Positions 1 to 12,440 of a stretch of 64,000 nucleotides of DNA are shown one piece after another. Both the position numbers and the translations under genes were made by a program. Source of the stretch: Sphaerodactylus townsendi (taxonomy: Eukaryota). The notes under the pieces are model-generated. The model searched no databases. It was not told the DNA's origin and saw nothing but the letters and a program-made list of their open reading frames with translations. Within the stretch, counting starts at the first letter, position 1. The number at the start of each line of letters is the position of its first letter. The stretch covers positions 16,554,001-16,618,000 of the forward strand of contig NC_059427.1 of NCBI RefSeq assembly GCF_021028975.2, given 5' to 3'.

Positions 1-395
1 TTTCCCAGTCTTCCTTAAGATTCCAGTGTCTCCACCGAGGGCACGCTGGACACTGGGCTTCAATCTCCTCAACCAATTTGCCAGCTCCCCTCTCTTTAAC
101 TTGGAGACCCTGCCGATTTTCGCTAACTTGCTTTCAGCTCGCTAACGCGTTTTGTCATAAGCCCTGCTTTTGCAAGCTCCCATACTTCCCACCGGCTGAT
201 CCGGCTGGACGAGAGAGGCGGTCCTAGACGCGGCGAAAGTCTCTTGGAGAGCGCCGATCCAGAGTGGGCGATACACGAAGCAGGTGGTCCCTGGATGCCC
301 GCTGATCCAGCCGACTTCTCGGTATCGCCGCCCTTCCCAGGCTTAACGGTGAGCAGGGTGGAGGTTCGAGGACTCCCCGGTTTTCGGCACCAGCT
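1..395 (-). mobile_element. Endogenous retrovirus internal region (PBS, leader, degraded gag matrix start); continues beyond the left edge
   Basis: PBS TGGTGCCGAAAACCGGGG (375-392, minus) 3 nt from the LTR, 16/18 match to the tRNA-Phe 3' end. ATG at 183 gives MGACKS (myristoylation-type start), stop at 142-144. A shifted frame reads KLVEEIEAQCPACP...NLKEDWE, resembling a betaretroviral matrix. Confidence 0.75.
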
Positions 396-876
396 TGTAG
401 TCATCCCCTCAGGGTCGTCGCTAAGGAATAGGCTGGTGACGCAGAGGAGGTTTCATCTGGCGGAGGCGCCAGCAACAGAAGCGGATTTCGCTGATCCCTG
501 ACAACTCTGCCTTGTGCTAGGCTCTCGCTCCTTTTATTAGGGTTTACAAGAGGGGGGGGCAGTGTGGGCGGACTGGGGGAAACCGGGAGAGCGGGAGACT
601 GAGAGATCATCATGTGATGCATGATCTCACCTGGCTGCTACGTGCGGAGAGGAGCATCAGCTGCCTGGGCCTAATCCTCACCTGGGGGACAGAATCATTG
701 TCCCTTTGTCTGGGACGCCGGTGACTCCGAGCCAGATGGTAGTTCATGACCCGTGACTCATGGGGGGGGGATGAGGGAGTGGGGGTCACGGTGCAGCCAG
801 AAGGTCAGAGGAGCGCCCGGTGTGCCAAAGCGCCACCACGGTGTGTGTGTTGCTGGGTCAGCAGTGCATTACTACA
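396..876 (-). mobile_element. 5' LTR of ERV
   Basis: TGTAG...CTACA termini, AATAAA on minus (~532-537), adjacent PBS, clear homology to solo LTR 35801-36253. Confidence 0.85.
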
Positions 877-1429
877 CAGACAAAAGGTATAAACAGAAAG
901 GTGTATATGCTATTTATGCCAAGGATGCAGACATGATAAGGCTGCATTTTGACCGGAATTTGGCACCGCAGAAAACCTACAGGAATAACATTCTTGGAAC
1001 ATAAATAACAGCACGGATTACCTTAGCAGTAAATAACACCTTTAGTAGGATGGGTCAAGATTCATGGGAAACTTTTTTAGTTTTCAAACTACACAGAACG
1101 TTTCCTCAGGCTAAATGTTAATTTGGGGGGAGGGGAGTCAGAGAGGAAGAGGTCTTTAGCTCCAGATGTGGTGATCTAGACTACTGATTGTGGATTGTGT
1201 CAGTCTTAGAAAGGGTAATGGAGGCACCCTTTTGCTGACTAATTAAGACAAGGTTTAAGTGTAGAGTGCAGCATGAGCAACTTTCTACAAAAGCAAACCC
1301 CTCCTTCCACGCATACCTCACTCAACCAAATGACAGCCAGATTGTGAGTCAATAACTATAAAAACCAGTTCCATCGCTTTGTCAAACACACTTGACCAAT
1401 ATATAAAACTCAAGGAGGAGTGAAGTCAT

Positions 1430-1625
1430 ACACGGATCTGACTTATACTAAATCAGGCCCTTGGTCCTTCAGCATCAGTATTGTCTACTCAGAAAGAGCT
1501 TTCCAAGGTCTCTGACAGAGGTCTTCTGCATCGTGTGCGCCGTGACCAATTTAACTGGAGATGGCAGAGACAGAACTTGAGACTTTCTACATGCAAAAGA
1601 GACGCTTAACCACTGAGCTGTGACT
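1430..1625 (-). mobile_element. tRNA-derived SINE (degenerate)
   Basis: tRNA-like head on minus (GCTCAGTGGTTAAGCG...TGCATGTAGAAAGTCTCAAGTTC); similar element on plus at ~16337-16505. Confidence 0.6.
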
Positions 1626-1882
1626 CAGTTTTACAAATTTGGCCCCTCGCTCTGTTGTGCTGATTGGTGCCTTCCTTGCCAGCGGCTGGTGTGACAAATG
1701 GAGGGTCCTTAGGTTGTCCCTTTGCTGAGAGAGTTGGTGTTCTATTTTGGTTCCTTGAGCAAGGTCCTTTCTTTTGGCCTTTGTAACTCTATAATGCCCC
1801 AGGTACATCAGTGGTACTCTAAGCTAGCTCCAGATAGGTAGTCGTGTTCATCGGTAGGAGCAGAATAAAACAGGAGTCATGT

Positions 1883-2953
1883 TGTTACCGCGATTTGCCA
1901 GGTAACAATAAGTGATTTCAGCTCAGCAACTTAGTGAGGCGCAGAGAGCAAGTGTTCTTCAAAGCAAAAGGATTTTATTGCAGATGGTCACAGCTAGGTC
2001 AGGAGAATCGCCCCTGCAAATTCAGAGTGCAAGCAACTTTTTTTTATTCCCAAACTTCAAAGGGGAGGAGAGGGGGCAAGCCCCTCACCCCAGAACACCA
2101 ATCATAAAACAACACAGTTTACAAACAAGATACAGTTACATCTTTCTGAATGTCCACCGCTGTCAGGCGCCTTTCTCGCAGGATTCCGCGAATGGTCCTG
2201 GAATGGACAGCCGAGAGCCTATTGTCCGTGAAATCCAGATAGCCTACTCGCCGCGACTCCAGCTATCAGTTCTCTGATGGCTACACCCTTCAGAGATGCC
2301 TTAAGGCTCCCGCCTTGCTATGCTGTAACAAAAGGAAAGTTCAAACTGTCCAATGATAGTTCCTGCACGTCTCCCAATGGCTGGGACACCTTTGGGTGCT
2401 GGCTGCAGATTTGATTTGTAATTCCAAAGGGGTCATTGTCCTTATCAAAGAGTCGGCTGGGTGTTGGTCTGAGCTGCATTCCAGAGCCAACTTCCTGGTC
2501 CCTTAATATCAGACCTTAACTGGCTATTGCTTCTACTATCAGACACAAATTTCAAAAAATAACATTTCTACCCTTAAACCTTAGGGAAACCTTTAAAGGA
2601 TACATGTAATTTTATACTTATAGGTAAGACCTCACACATATTGACTGGCATGGCTTTCTTAAATCTAACAAGAATAAAACCTTAAGCTAACTGAAGAACC
2701 TAACTAAACTAGCATCCTAGGCTGCAGGCACATCCTAGATTTAACTTAAAAGCGGCATTTATTACATTCTAAAATGACACAAACACAAGGGAAACCATAT
2801 AGCTGCTATAATAATCATACATATACCTTCTTTAGAACCTTATGAAGGTTTCTGAACTAATAATAAGTCTCTCACAAGATCCGGGGTTCGAGCCAGTGTA
2901 GCCAGGCAACCTGACTTCAGGAAAATATTCTGTTTATTTTCCTGGCGGTAACA
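1883..2953 (-). mobile_element. Solo LTR (1071 bp)
   Basis: Termini TGTTACCGC...GCGGTAACA, 4-bp TSD ATGT (1879-1882/2954-2957), AATAAA on minus; interrupts a Penelope-type end. Confidence 0.85.
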
Positions 2954-2957
2954 ATGT

Positions 2958-3725
2958 GACACTTGAAAGATTAACAAAATGGATGTCAACATCTGCTTTC
3001 ATGAGTATGGACTCACTTCATCAGGTACAAGAAGTGTACATTCATCAAGCTAATTTATATAAACGTTGGGGTGGGGTAAAGAGACAGGGTCAAAACAAGA
3101 TTCAATCTGAAGATCCATCTGTTCACTCAGAGTGGGTGTGAGATCCTTCTAACTGTTGTTAGATAGGCAAAATGTAAAACTTAGGGCAGGAAGAAATGAG
3201 ATAAACAGATATCCTACAGGTGTGAATATCAAGCACACCCCATCCCTTACAGATGTTTACTTACTGCAGCTATTATGCTCGCAACTTCCTATTATATCTG
3301 CTTATCTTATTTCATCAAAAATGTATAGGATACACAGGATATTAGCACCTATCAGAGCTAGACACTCATAGCTTACCTTTCCCACCCCTTACAGATGTTA
3401 ATTACTTCATGTAAACCACTGTAACTCCCCATTGTATCTGCTCATCTCGTTTCATTCTGCACCAGGTTTTGCATTTTGCCTGTCTAAAAACAGCTGGAAG
3501 AGTCTCATACCCTTGCTGGGTGCACTGACTACCGTTTAGATCTGATCCTGTTTCAACAAGCATCTCTTTCTACTGTTCTTCCCCCACCCAGTCCCATATA
3601 TACAAATCAGACTGATGGATTTATATGCTTGTACGTCTGATTAAATGAGCTCTGACTCACAAAAAACTTATGCTGGAATCAATTTTGTTAGTTTCGAGGT
3701 GCCACTGGAGCCCTATTTTACTCTA
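2958..3725. mobile_element. Non-autonomous Penelope-like element with inverted terminal segments (left part continues at ~1829-1882)
   Basis: Inverted arms at ~2958-3090 and ~3565-3725; degenerate hammerhead core CTGATGA...GAAA on minus at 2995-3024. Confidence 0.6.
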
Positions 3726-6567
3726 CGGTATAACAAGAATACTATGTTAAGTATGCTTGTGTCTTTATCTACTCCATTGAATACCACAGGCTACAGTCAG
3801 AGGAGGGACATACACCAATCACTGAAATACACATTTTTTTCCACACTCTCTCTTTCCAGTTTGGTCTTTGTTTCCATCTGTCACTTCCAGCCATTAGAAT
3901 AGTAAGGATTTTGTTAGCTCTAAGAGACTGTAATGGGCACACCCCATAATTTTGAAAGGAAATTGTTGTGGTTTTTGAGTTTCCTAGGGGTAGTCAGATC
4001 CTTCCAAGAAGGAAATGCTTCCCTAGTGCATCATATTATGGTATGCCACAAAAGCATCCCATCTTGCTGGTGAGACAAAGCCAATAACAACTCAAGACTG
4101 CCCAAGAGTTGTATCACGCTTGGAGCGTGCCAGCTAATTAACTTCCCTGGCACGCTCAGGTAATAGTTCTATTCCCATTTTATATGTAGAATCACTGAGA
4201 CTTTAAAATGTTCTGCCTGGAATTTAAGGTTGACTCAGTGAATGGTAACAACCAATTTGAGAGAGCCACCAGTTTGGCACTGCTTTGTCAGACACAACAC
4301 TGCCTTCCTAACTGCCACATGACCCTAATTCAGATGAGGGGGGAGGGGGTGGTTAATGATGTTTAACCCTTCAATGCACTTATCACCCCCTACAAATTTA
4401 CAAACTGAAACTTCCACCACCAATCTGACTAAAAACTACATGTGTATGTGTATGTGTGTGTGTGCCCGCGTGTGTGTATGAGGGTTTCCCCAGGTTTCTG
4501 GGGGAGAATTATTTCTATTATTTCTATTTATTTACATTTATTCCCAGTCTGGCATTCTCACACAACTGTGACTATAATCAGGACCCTGTGAGCAACAACT
4601 GTGAGAGTCGAAACGAAGTGTAGTAGAAGCAGACCTGGGTTCAGATCTCCATGGACGCTCATTGCATCACCCGGAGCCAGTAATTCTGTCTCAGTCTTGC
4701 CTACTACAACTTACCTGTGGTGAACATAAAATGGAGGAGAGGAGAACACTGTTATACGTTGCTTTGGTTCCCCATTTGGGAGAAAAAGTGGTTATGAAAG
4801 CCCCAAGGCTGGGCCAGCAATAAGACCAGGCCAACAGGAGAGCTGAGTTTCAGTCAGGCCTTTCTGACTAGAACCCAGATGTACAGGTCATGAACTGAGA
4901 TAATTTTTCCCGCCCAGTCTGTCGTTTCGGTATCAACACAAAAGCTGCTATATTTGGACCTGTCTCACCAATACTTCCTCGTCCAGCCCTCCATTCCAGT
5001 CCCAAACACAACAGGCCAAAACCGCATGAAAGTCACCTATCTTGACATTCACAAATGGCCCTTTGTTTCAAAGTCGGCAAGGCTCCTGCAAGCTCTTATG
5101 TAAGAGCTGAAGTTTAATTCAATGACATTCTGGTAGAACCAGAGTAGTTGCGCTCTTGGGACACGGTTACGTAATCACAACTCCATTGGAGATGCAAAAC
5201 GGCCCCCTCCCTTCACTGCCTTCCTGAGCCTGTTTGATCACACTGATAGGGTGAGGCAACTGGGGCCTGTGCCTTGGGAACTGTACACTTGTGGCATGAC
5301 AATTAGTATGATAATTAATAATGCTAATTCCCTGGGCAACTTTGGCAGCTGCCACCTTTCCTTCTCACTGGCTCCCAGAGATTTGCTAAGGCTCGTTAAA
5401 AATCAATTGAGGTGTGCAGTTGACAGCCCCATGAGAGATACCTCAGCTAAATGCTGCCTACATTTTCCCTAGTGGAATGAGTCTTCTTAGAGTGGTTTGC
5501 CACAGGAGTCTTGGCCATGGAGGCCAACTAGCAAACCTTTCTTTCCACTTTTGCTATCCAGTCTTTTTTTCACCATCTCTAATCCCCTCCCCACTCCTTA
5601 ACCCCCAAGCAGCATGACATAGGGGTTAAGAGCGGCAGACTTTTACCTGGAGAACTGCCCTATTGCAGTCCAAGCCCACAGAAACATGAGGCTCTTAAAG
5701 GCTCTCCAAAAGGGATCTGGCCCCTCCATAGGCCCTGCAGTCTAGTGGTGGTCCCAAAGAACTTTATTGACCAGTGCCCTCCAAAGGATTTGAGTCAACA
5801 AGCTGGAAAGAATCAGAAAGTTCACTCCTCCCGCCCACTAGAAGCCTCCTTCATTCATTTCAAATTGTCTCCTACTAAAGCCAGATTCCCAGGGGTGGAG
5901 CGAGGGGAAACTGCACAGCACCGCCCTTCCCCACCCCGGAATGCCCCTGGAACGCCTCTCCATCGCCTGGTCACACCTCCTCCACGGCTCTACCTGGGGC
6001 GTCACCCCCCCTACCCTGTGGGCGCTACGCCACTGCAGATTCCATTAGGGTCTTCTCTGTTCCCAAATACCTCAACCATCACTCTGCACTTACAACCTTT
6101 TCTTGCACCTTTCCCACTCCACATACTTCTATCCAGTTTACCCCCTCACACACACACACAGAGAGAGAGAGTAGAAAGCAATGGCCTTGCCCTTTTACAT
6201 AGAACTCACCAACCTCTGACCATTTCATTTCCCCTTTTGAACTGTGGTAAAACTTCTAGAAAAAAAAATACTTAAAGAGAAATGTTAATCCAGAAGTGAA
6301 CTTTGCACAAACGTGTGAATAACTGCGATTCAGGAGAACAAGGCATCAGTGACCCTCTAAAAGTCAAAGTCCTTCAAGGCTCTACACTAATTCCTCAGAT
6401 TTTTTTGACTTGGTCGTTATGTAGGCCAAATTTTTTTTGAAGCTTTTCTTTATAATTTTGCAGACTTTCAGAAGTGCTTGAATAGGGTTGCCAGCTTCAG
6501 GTTGGGGAACACCTAGAGATTTTGAGGGCAGAGTTTGGGGAGGGGAGGGACTGTAGTGGGGTATAAT

Positions 6568-6979
6568 CAGAGGTGGGATCCAGCAGGTTCTCACAGGTTC
6601 CCAAGAGTAGGCTACTAATTATTTGAGTGTGCCGAGAGGGGGTTACTAATTGGTGATTTTTACCCACGTGATTTTTGCTCTTAGTCACAGCCTCCTCCAC
6701 CCCCCCCTCAGCAGTAGCCCGGCGCCAGAGACGCTTGGAAGCAGTCTAGCAGGAGGTGCACCGGCGTGCGTGGCAGCCTGCGCCTGCGTGCATTCGTTTC
6801 CCGCCCAAGGACCGGCGCAGCGGCTGTGTCCTTGCCACAGCCCTGCCCAGCAATGCCCCGCCCCGGGAATGCCTGGCCACACACCCGTCATGCCCCGCCC
6901 AGCCCCATTGGTGCTACGCCACTGTTTGAATCCCACCACCACGGGAACCTGTTACTAAAATTTTTGGATCCCACTACTG
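6568..6979. mobile_element. hAT MITE
   Basis: TIR CAGAGGTGGGATCCA/TGGATCCCACTACTG; 8-bp TSD GGTATAAT (6560-6567, 6980-6987). Confidence 0.85.
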
Positions 6980-6987
6980 GGTATAAT

Positions 6988-7125
6988 CAGTGGTAGGATT
7001 CAGCCTATTTGCACCAGTTCGGTAGAACCGGTAGCTAACTTTTTGTCTAGTTCAGAGAACTGGTTGTAATCCCACCACTGAGTCCTTCCAGAACCAGTTG
7101 TTACATTATTTTAATCCCACCATTG
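6988..7125. mobile_element. Short hAT MITE
   Basis: CAGTGGTAGGATT...AATCCCACCATTG; flanked by GGTATAAT/GGTATCAT. Confidence 0.75.
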
Positions 7126-7244
7126 GGTATCATGCCATAGAGTCCACCTTTAAAAGAGGCCACCTGGAGATTGGTCACCTGGAGATCAGTTGTAATCCCA
7201 GACTCTCCAGCCACCACCTGGAGGCTGGAATCCCTACTCTTACA

Positions 7245-8455
7245 TAATTCAGTTTTGCACAGTTTGCAGAAAGCTAGGACTGTGGGAGCCTTTTTGACCT
7301 CCTCAGGGAGACTACTCCACAAGCTATTGTGGGGGCGTGGGGGGAGAGGCAGTCTCACAGAAATTAGGGTCCAAGGCAATGAAAATCTTTGCAAGGGGCA
7401 GCCAATACTCAGAGGCGTAGGTAATGGCTCGAGACAAATTGTCTCCAGGACTTCCCAGCCTCGGGCCCCTCTGCCCCCCTGATGCCCCAGGTTCCACCCC
7501 ACTGCCTCGACTCCCCCCCCATGTCACCACCATGGACATGGGAAAGGTCTAGGGTGCTCCACCTCCCTCAGACTCCCTGCCGGGCTGGGAGCCCAGCTGG
7601 CAGGGGGGGAGGAAGGGAGGGGGGAGTCCAGGGTGGGATTGAGGGTGCTTGGAGGCAAGTCCTGCTGCCTCATCGTTTTTGTGTGCCTTGGACGGAGTCG
7701 AGGCACCCGAAAACAAGGAGATAGCAGGACTTCCTGGTCACGTGGGGGGCTGATTTTGCGGCCCCATGTGACCAGAAGAGTGGCGCCCGGGGACAAGGGG
7801 TACCCCTTGTCCCTAGGCAGATACGCCACTGCCAATACTTTAACTTGAGCCCAGTAACTGATGGGCAGCTGGTGAAGTGACTGTAAAATGGGAGTGATAT
7901 GCTTGCTCCTTCTGAACCAGCTGGAGTCTCCCAGTTGGTTTTGAGGGGAGACAAATACACAGTGCATTACATACGACTGAAAGACAGCAGTTTTCTCAAA
8001 GCCATCCAATGAGACAAGGAGTTCTAGGCTCAAGGCTTGAGGGTGTCAAACAGGCACCTGGTTTTGAAATGCTACTGACTGAACTGTCCAAACTCACATT
8101 TATTTGATCAGAGCAAGCAAAGTGGAAACCATCCTTACAACTGATCAAGGAGATGTATGATATCCCAGTTCCCAAGATCGGTTGTCTCCATCCAAAAACA
8201 TAGCCCTGCGCCCCTCCATTCCAGTGGATATCCCTGGCTGATCTCAAAGCTGATTTAATTGCAAAATCCATCCATCCATGGGCAACACGTTGTACTCTCC
8301 AGTGAAATAGATCCTCCCCTCATTCCTGGCCAGGGTCTCAGCACTGGTAGGGACTGAAGAGAGTGAAAGCCCCCATGGCAGAGGGATCCAGCTTCCACTT
8401 CTCGATCACCCACCAGCTGCAAAAATGTTGCAACCTGCAGATAACACTGGTGGGC
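7245..8455 (-). mobile_element. L2-type LINE, degraded RT 3' portion
   Basis: HITPILQSLHQLPISYWAQVKVL motif typical of the L2 ORF2 C-terminus; interrupted by hAT element. Confidence 0.7.
7410..7831. mobile_element. hAT (Tip100-like) MITE nested in L2
   Basis: CAGAGGCGTA...TACGCCACTG; 8-bp TSD CCAATACT (7402-7409, 7832-7839). Confidence 0.85.
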
Positions 8456-8461
8456 GACCAA

Positions 8462-8872
8462 AGTAGTTAAAGGTCTGGATTCCATGTCCTATAAGGAGTG
8501 GCTTGGGGAGCTAAGTATGTTTACTCTGGAGAAAAGAAGGTTAAGGGTGACATGATAGCCATGTTTAAATATCTGAAGGGATGTCCTGTTGAAGATGGAG
8601 CAAGCTTGTTTTCTGCTGCTCCAGAGACTAGGACCAGGAGTAATGGGTTCAAGAAAAGAGATTTCACCTAAACATTGGGAAGAACTTCCTGATGGTAAGG
8701 GCTGTTAGACAATGGAATATGATGCCTCGGAGGGAAGTGGAGTCTCCTTTGGAGGTTTTTAAACAGAGGTTGGATGGCCATCTGTCAGGTATGCATTGAT
8801 TGAGTATTCCTGTATGGCAGGGGGTTGGACTTGATGGCCCTTCTGGAGTCTTCCAGTTCTATGATTCTATGT
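8462..8872 (+). mobile_element. CR1 LINE 3' fragment
   Basis: CR1 RT C-terminal sequence and terminal TTCTATGATTCTATG repeat. Confidence 0.85.
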
Positions 8873-9408
8873 CCTAATTCAAACTGCTTACTTTTTTTTT
8901 TTTTTGCCCCTCATAGCCCCAGCGGTACAGGGAGCTGCATCCTGGTTCAAGACTCAGAAAGGGAAAGGGAAAGGATAAAACTGAGTAGGGAAGGACTGGA
9001 TCACCCCCATCCTCATTTTATTACCTCTTTCTCCGAGTGAACAGAAATATCTCCCAGATAAATTCAATGAAACTACAAGAAAATTCTGCACTCAGGTTAA
9101 GCAAATCTCCAATCATTCAAACGGTGCCGTGACTTAAGTTGCCCTTTTCAGTCAAACAGGCCTGTTGTTAAGGAAAAGAATGTTGGAGGCATATTACAAT
9201 ACAATAGGGTCCGGACTTTATCAGGTGGTGGGGTTTCCGTTTCTCACGGATTGCCTTACCCATATTCGGTTTTAAACGCGTGGTAGTTTACCATCACTGA
9301 GTAGCGGAGAAGCACGACGCATTTATTGCAGTATTAATAGAATGCGGCAAAGGCTGTTGACCTGAAGTCGCTTCGAAGGTGGTGAATCATCTCAAAGTAT
9401 ACCACAGC

Positions 9409-9905
9409 CAGTGGTGGGTTCGAAACATTTGCGGATATCTTTTTTTAAGCAGCGGTCCATATACGGTTTTAAAATCCGAATTCGCAAATGGCACTTTCCG
9501 GAGCTGCCTCCGCTTAAGCAGGCAACGACCGGAATGCTCCGCGGGGCAAAGGGTGGATGCGAGGGCTGGGCAACAAGGCAGAGGGGGGGCAGGTCGAAGC
9601 TCTGGGAGGGACATGCCCACGCTACCCTCTGACCTCCAGGGGTTGGAGGGCAGCGTGGGCATGTCCCTCCAGCCCTCCAGAGCGGCGCTGGAAGGAGAGG
9701 TGAGTGGAGGGGACGCGAAAAGCGGCGCACTCATGCACGGAGCTGCCTCCAGTTCGGCCCCTCCATTCACCTTTCCTTCCAGCACTGCTCTGGAGGGCTA
9801 GAGGGACACACCCACGCTACCCTCGGACCTCCAGGCCACGCTGTGCCGCAGTATAAGGCTGAAAGAGCCACATGCGGCTCCGGAGCTGCGGGTTGCAGAC
9901 CCCTG
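9409..9905. mobile_element. hAT-derived GC-rich element (possibly composite)
   Basis: Begins CAGTGGTGGGTTC, ends GGTTGCAGACCCCTG; internal inverted repeats. Confidence 0.5.
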
Positions 9906-11982
9906 GATTAGGTCATTAACAGTGACTTCAGCAACTTGTTTACAAACAAACAGTTAATCCTTTTGTGACTGGGTTGTGACAGACACTTGCAAAATCCCAA
10001 CATAGTCCCAACCTTTTTGAGCCTTTGAGATTTTAACAGTGTGAGGGGCACAGCCACAAAATAGCTGCGGAAGGGTTGAAGCCATCCACAAAATAGCTAA
10101 TGCAGCTTACCTTCCATCGCTCACTGAAGATCCGTGTACTGTGGTGACAGCCGCTGCCAAAGCATCATTTTTTAAAAATCTGCAAAGCTAATCAAATCTC
10201 CAATGGCTAATCAGAAAAGCACCACCTTGCCTTGTTCACTTTCTAAAAACATTTGACAGCCACCGGGAAGGAAGTCAGCAGACACCATGTTGGTACCCCC
10301 AGGTCTAGAAAGAGGACATGTTACAGAAGGACTCTAGAAACTCCCTCCTCCTCTCCTCAGCAAAGCCATGGCCTTTTTATAGACCTGCTCTGATTCTGTG
10401 GAGCTGATAGTGCCCCTATTTGCTCTATCGCCCCAACCAGATTTGAAGAAAGCAGCTACTTTGCTCTAATACCCCCACCCCGCCCCTGATTTAGGAGGCA
10501 TCAGAAACATCTTTCTTTATTTCCCCCTTCTCAAAGGCTAGTGTGGGATAAGTACCCCAATCCACAGGTCTTTGTACACAAAATGTACACAGCAAAATGG
10601 CCACGGCTCACTCAGTGGTGAAAGAGATGGCTGGTGCTGAGTTGAGGGGAGAGCAGAAGGTAGGATTTGTTTAGGAGTCACACTCAAAACAGTTTGAGTA
10701 ACGCTACTGCAGAGGGAGGTGGGGCCCTTCTCTTCTGAGGCATGGTGTGTGATCTGTCAGTTTCTTGAAGCTGTCACTCTCAGGAGGAACTGTTTGCCAG
10801 TAATTACCTAAGACACCTGAGGGCAGGGATAGTCTTTCTGTTTATTAGCTGCCCTGTTTCAGAACTAATGCACCTGTGCAAATAAAACCACAAGGTCTGA
10901 CTCATTAACTACTGCCCCCTTGGGAGGCCCAACTGCCATGCATTGCTGAGCTACTTGGTAAAAGGCAAGCCATTTAAGGTCATTGGACATGGAGGTGGGG
11001 GCAACTCATCGGTATTATAACACAGAAGGAAAAAAATGTACCGTTTCAGATATCCAGGTTCTCAAATTCTGCATACCGATTTGCTCTGCCAAGCATTCCG
11101 GATGGATGATCCCTTTTGGTAAAACCGAAGCAGCGGGATTGGATCCAGTAATTCACCAGCAGATGGTGTTGATGTCTGGGAACTTCCCTGCTTTAGGCTC
11201 CCCATAGCATTTGACTCCTTGGGTACTAAGACTCACATGGAATCATAGCCATGCAGATCAGGGGGTTGCAATGAGAAGGGAGACGGGAAGGGGAAATCCA
11301 CCCTTTCTGCTCATTTTATCAGTGGAGTTCTGCTTAGAAAGGAGGAAGATATTTTGCCCCTTCTCCCTCCACTTGGCCTAGGATTGGTGCAGACTTGTAG
11401 CCAGAAAACTTTTACCAGGGAGGGGGGAATTAGTATGTCAGGGAGGCATCCATCACTATTTATTATGTTTATGGACTCATTTTCTACTTGAGACTCAAGG
11501 TGGATTACATGGTATAAAGCAATGTAATCAAATAGCATGACAGAGAGCTCTAAAGCAATGCAATAGGACTAGGCTTAAAAAGTCAAAAAGTGCAAAAAAA
11601 GTATCAGGCATGCTAAGTCAAGCAATGCAGAAAATGGAATCACAAAAAATGAAAACAATGTTGTAGGTAGCATCATAATAGAATAGAATACACAGTGGCA
11701 TAGACTGCAGTCCTGTTCTCTATTACATTTATAAACATGCTCTCCCGAACAGCTATTTTACATAGTTTGCAGAATTAAAGAAATTTGGGAGCCTTTCATC
11801 CAGCTACTGATGCCGGAAACTGTGAATACAACCTTCTTTTCTCCATAAATTTGATGCGAAGGAAACAAAAAGCTCTATTACTCAAAACAGTTTTTGAACT
11901 ACAAAACCTGTTACACCATCTGTAGTTAACTGTGCAAAATTCTTATTTTGTTTGGGGGTAAACAGTTCTCTAAAAACTCATA

Positions 11983-12440
11983 GGCATTTTCCCCATGGCC
12001 AATATATCCTGGGATAAGGAAGTGAACCATCTCAGTTCGGCCATGACTTCCATGTGGCTTCCGGGTCTAACTGGCCCCTCGAGATTTCCCTTATCCTGCG
12101 CCTTTCAAAAAACGATAAAATTGGTGGTTCTTAAAAAAACCCAAAATGCACCACTCCCACTCCCATGCAAACACTGTGGGAGGCAGGCCAGTTTATTTTT
12201 CCCGCCTCATCGGATGCAGCCAATCAGAACGGCAGAAAAACGGGACAGTTCGCACATGCGCGGCATTGCCGGCGAGGAAAATGAAAGTAAACTGGGGGCC
12301 GTGTGTAATCACCTGGAATTCTTCCTCCTGGCCTGAACCCGCTGCCAGGCTGCCGTGCGGAGGGAGGAACAGAGATGGAAACATCCTGGTATGTATGATC
12401 CTAGTTTCCCCCCAGGATGTTTTGGCCGTGAGGAAAATAT
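11983..12440. mobile_element. Palindromic MITE (PIF/Harbinger-like)
   Basis: Inverted ends ATTTTCCCCATGGCCAA/TTGGCCGTGAGGAAAAT. Confidence 0.5.

Larger units (their letters stand above)
6483..7236. mobile_element. hAT (Blackjack-type TAGGGTTGCCA) MITE hosting two nested MITEs
   Basis: TAGGGTTGCCA...GGAATCCCTA ends; same family fragments at ~14400-14525, ~19145-19380, ~44700-44860. Confidence 0.65.

Noticed and set aside
5745-6996. Overlapping 70-176 aa ORFs
   Set aside because: They lie largely in GC-rich hAT MITEs or low-complexity DNA; no recognisable domain
9379-9801. Four overlapping ORFs on both strands
   Set aside because: Products of a GC-rich, internally palindromic transposon derivative
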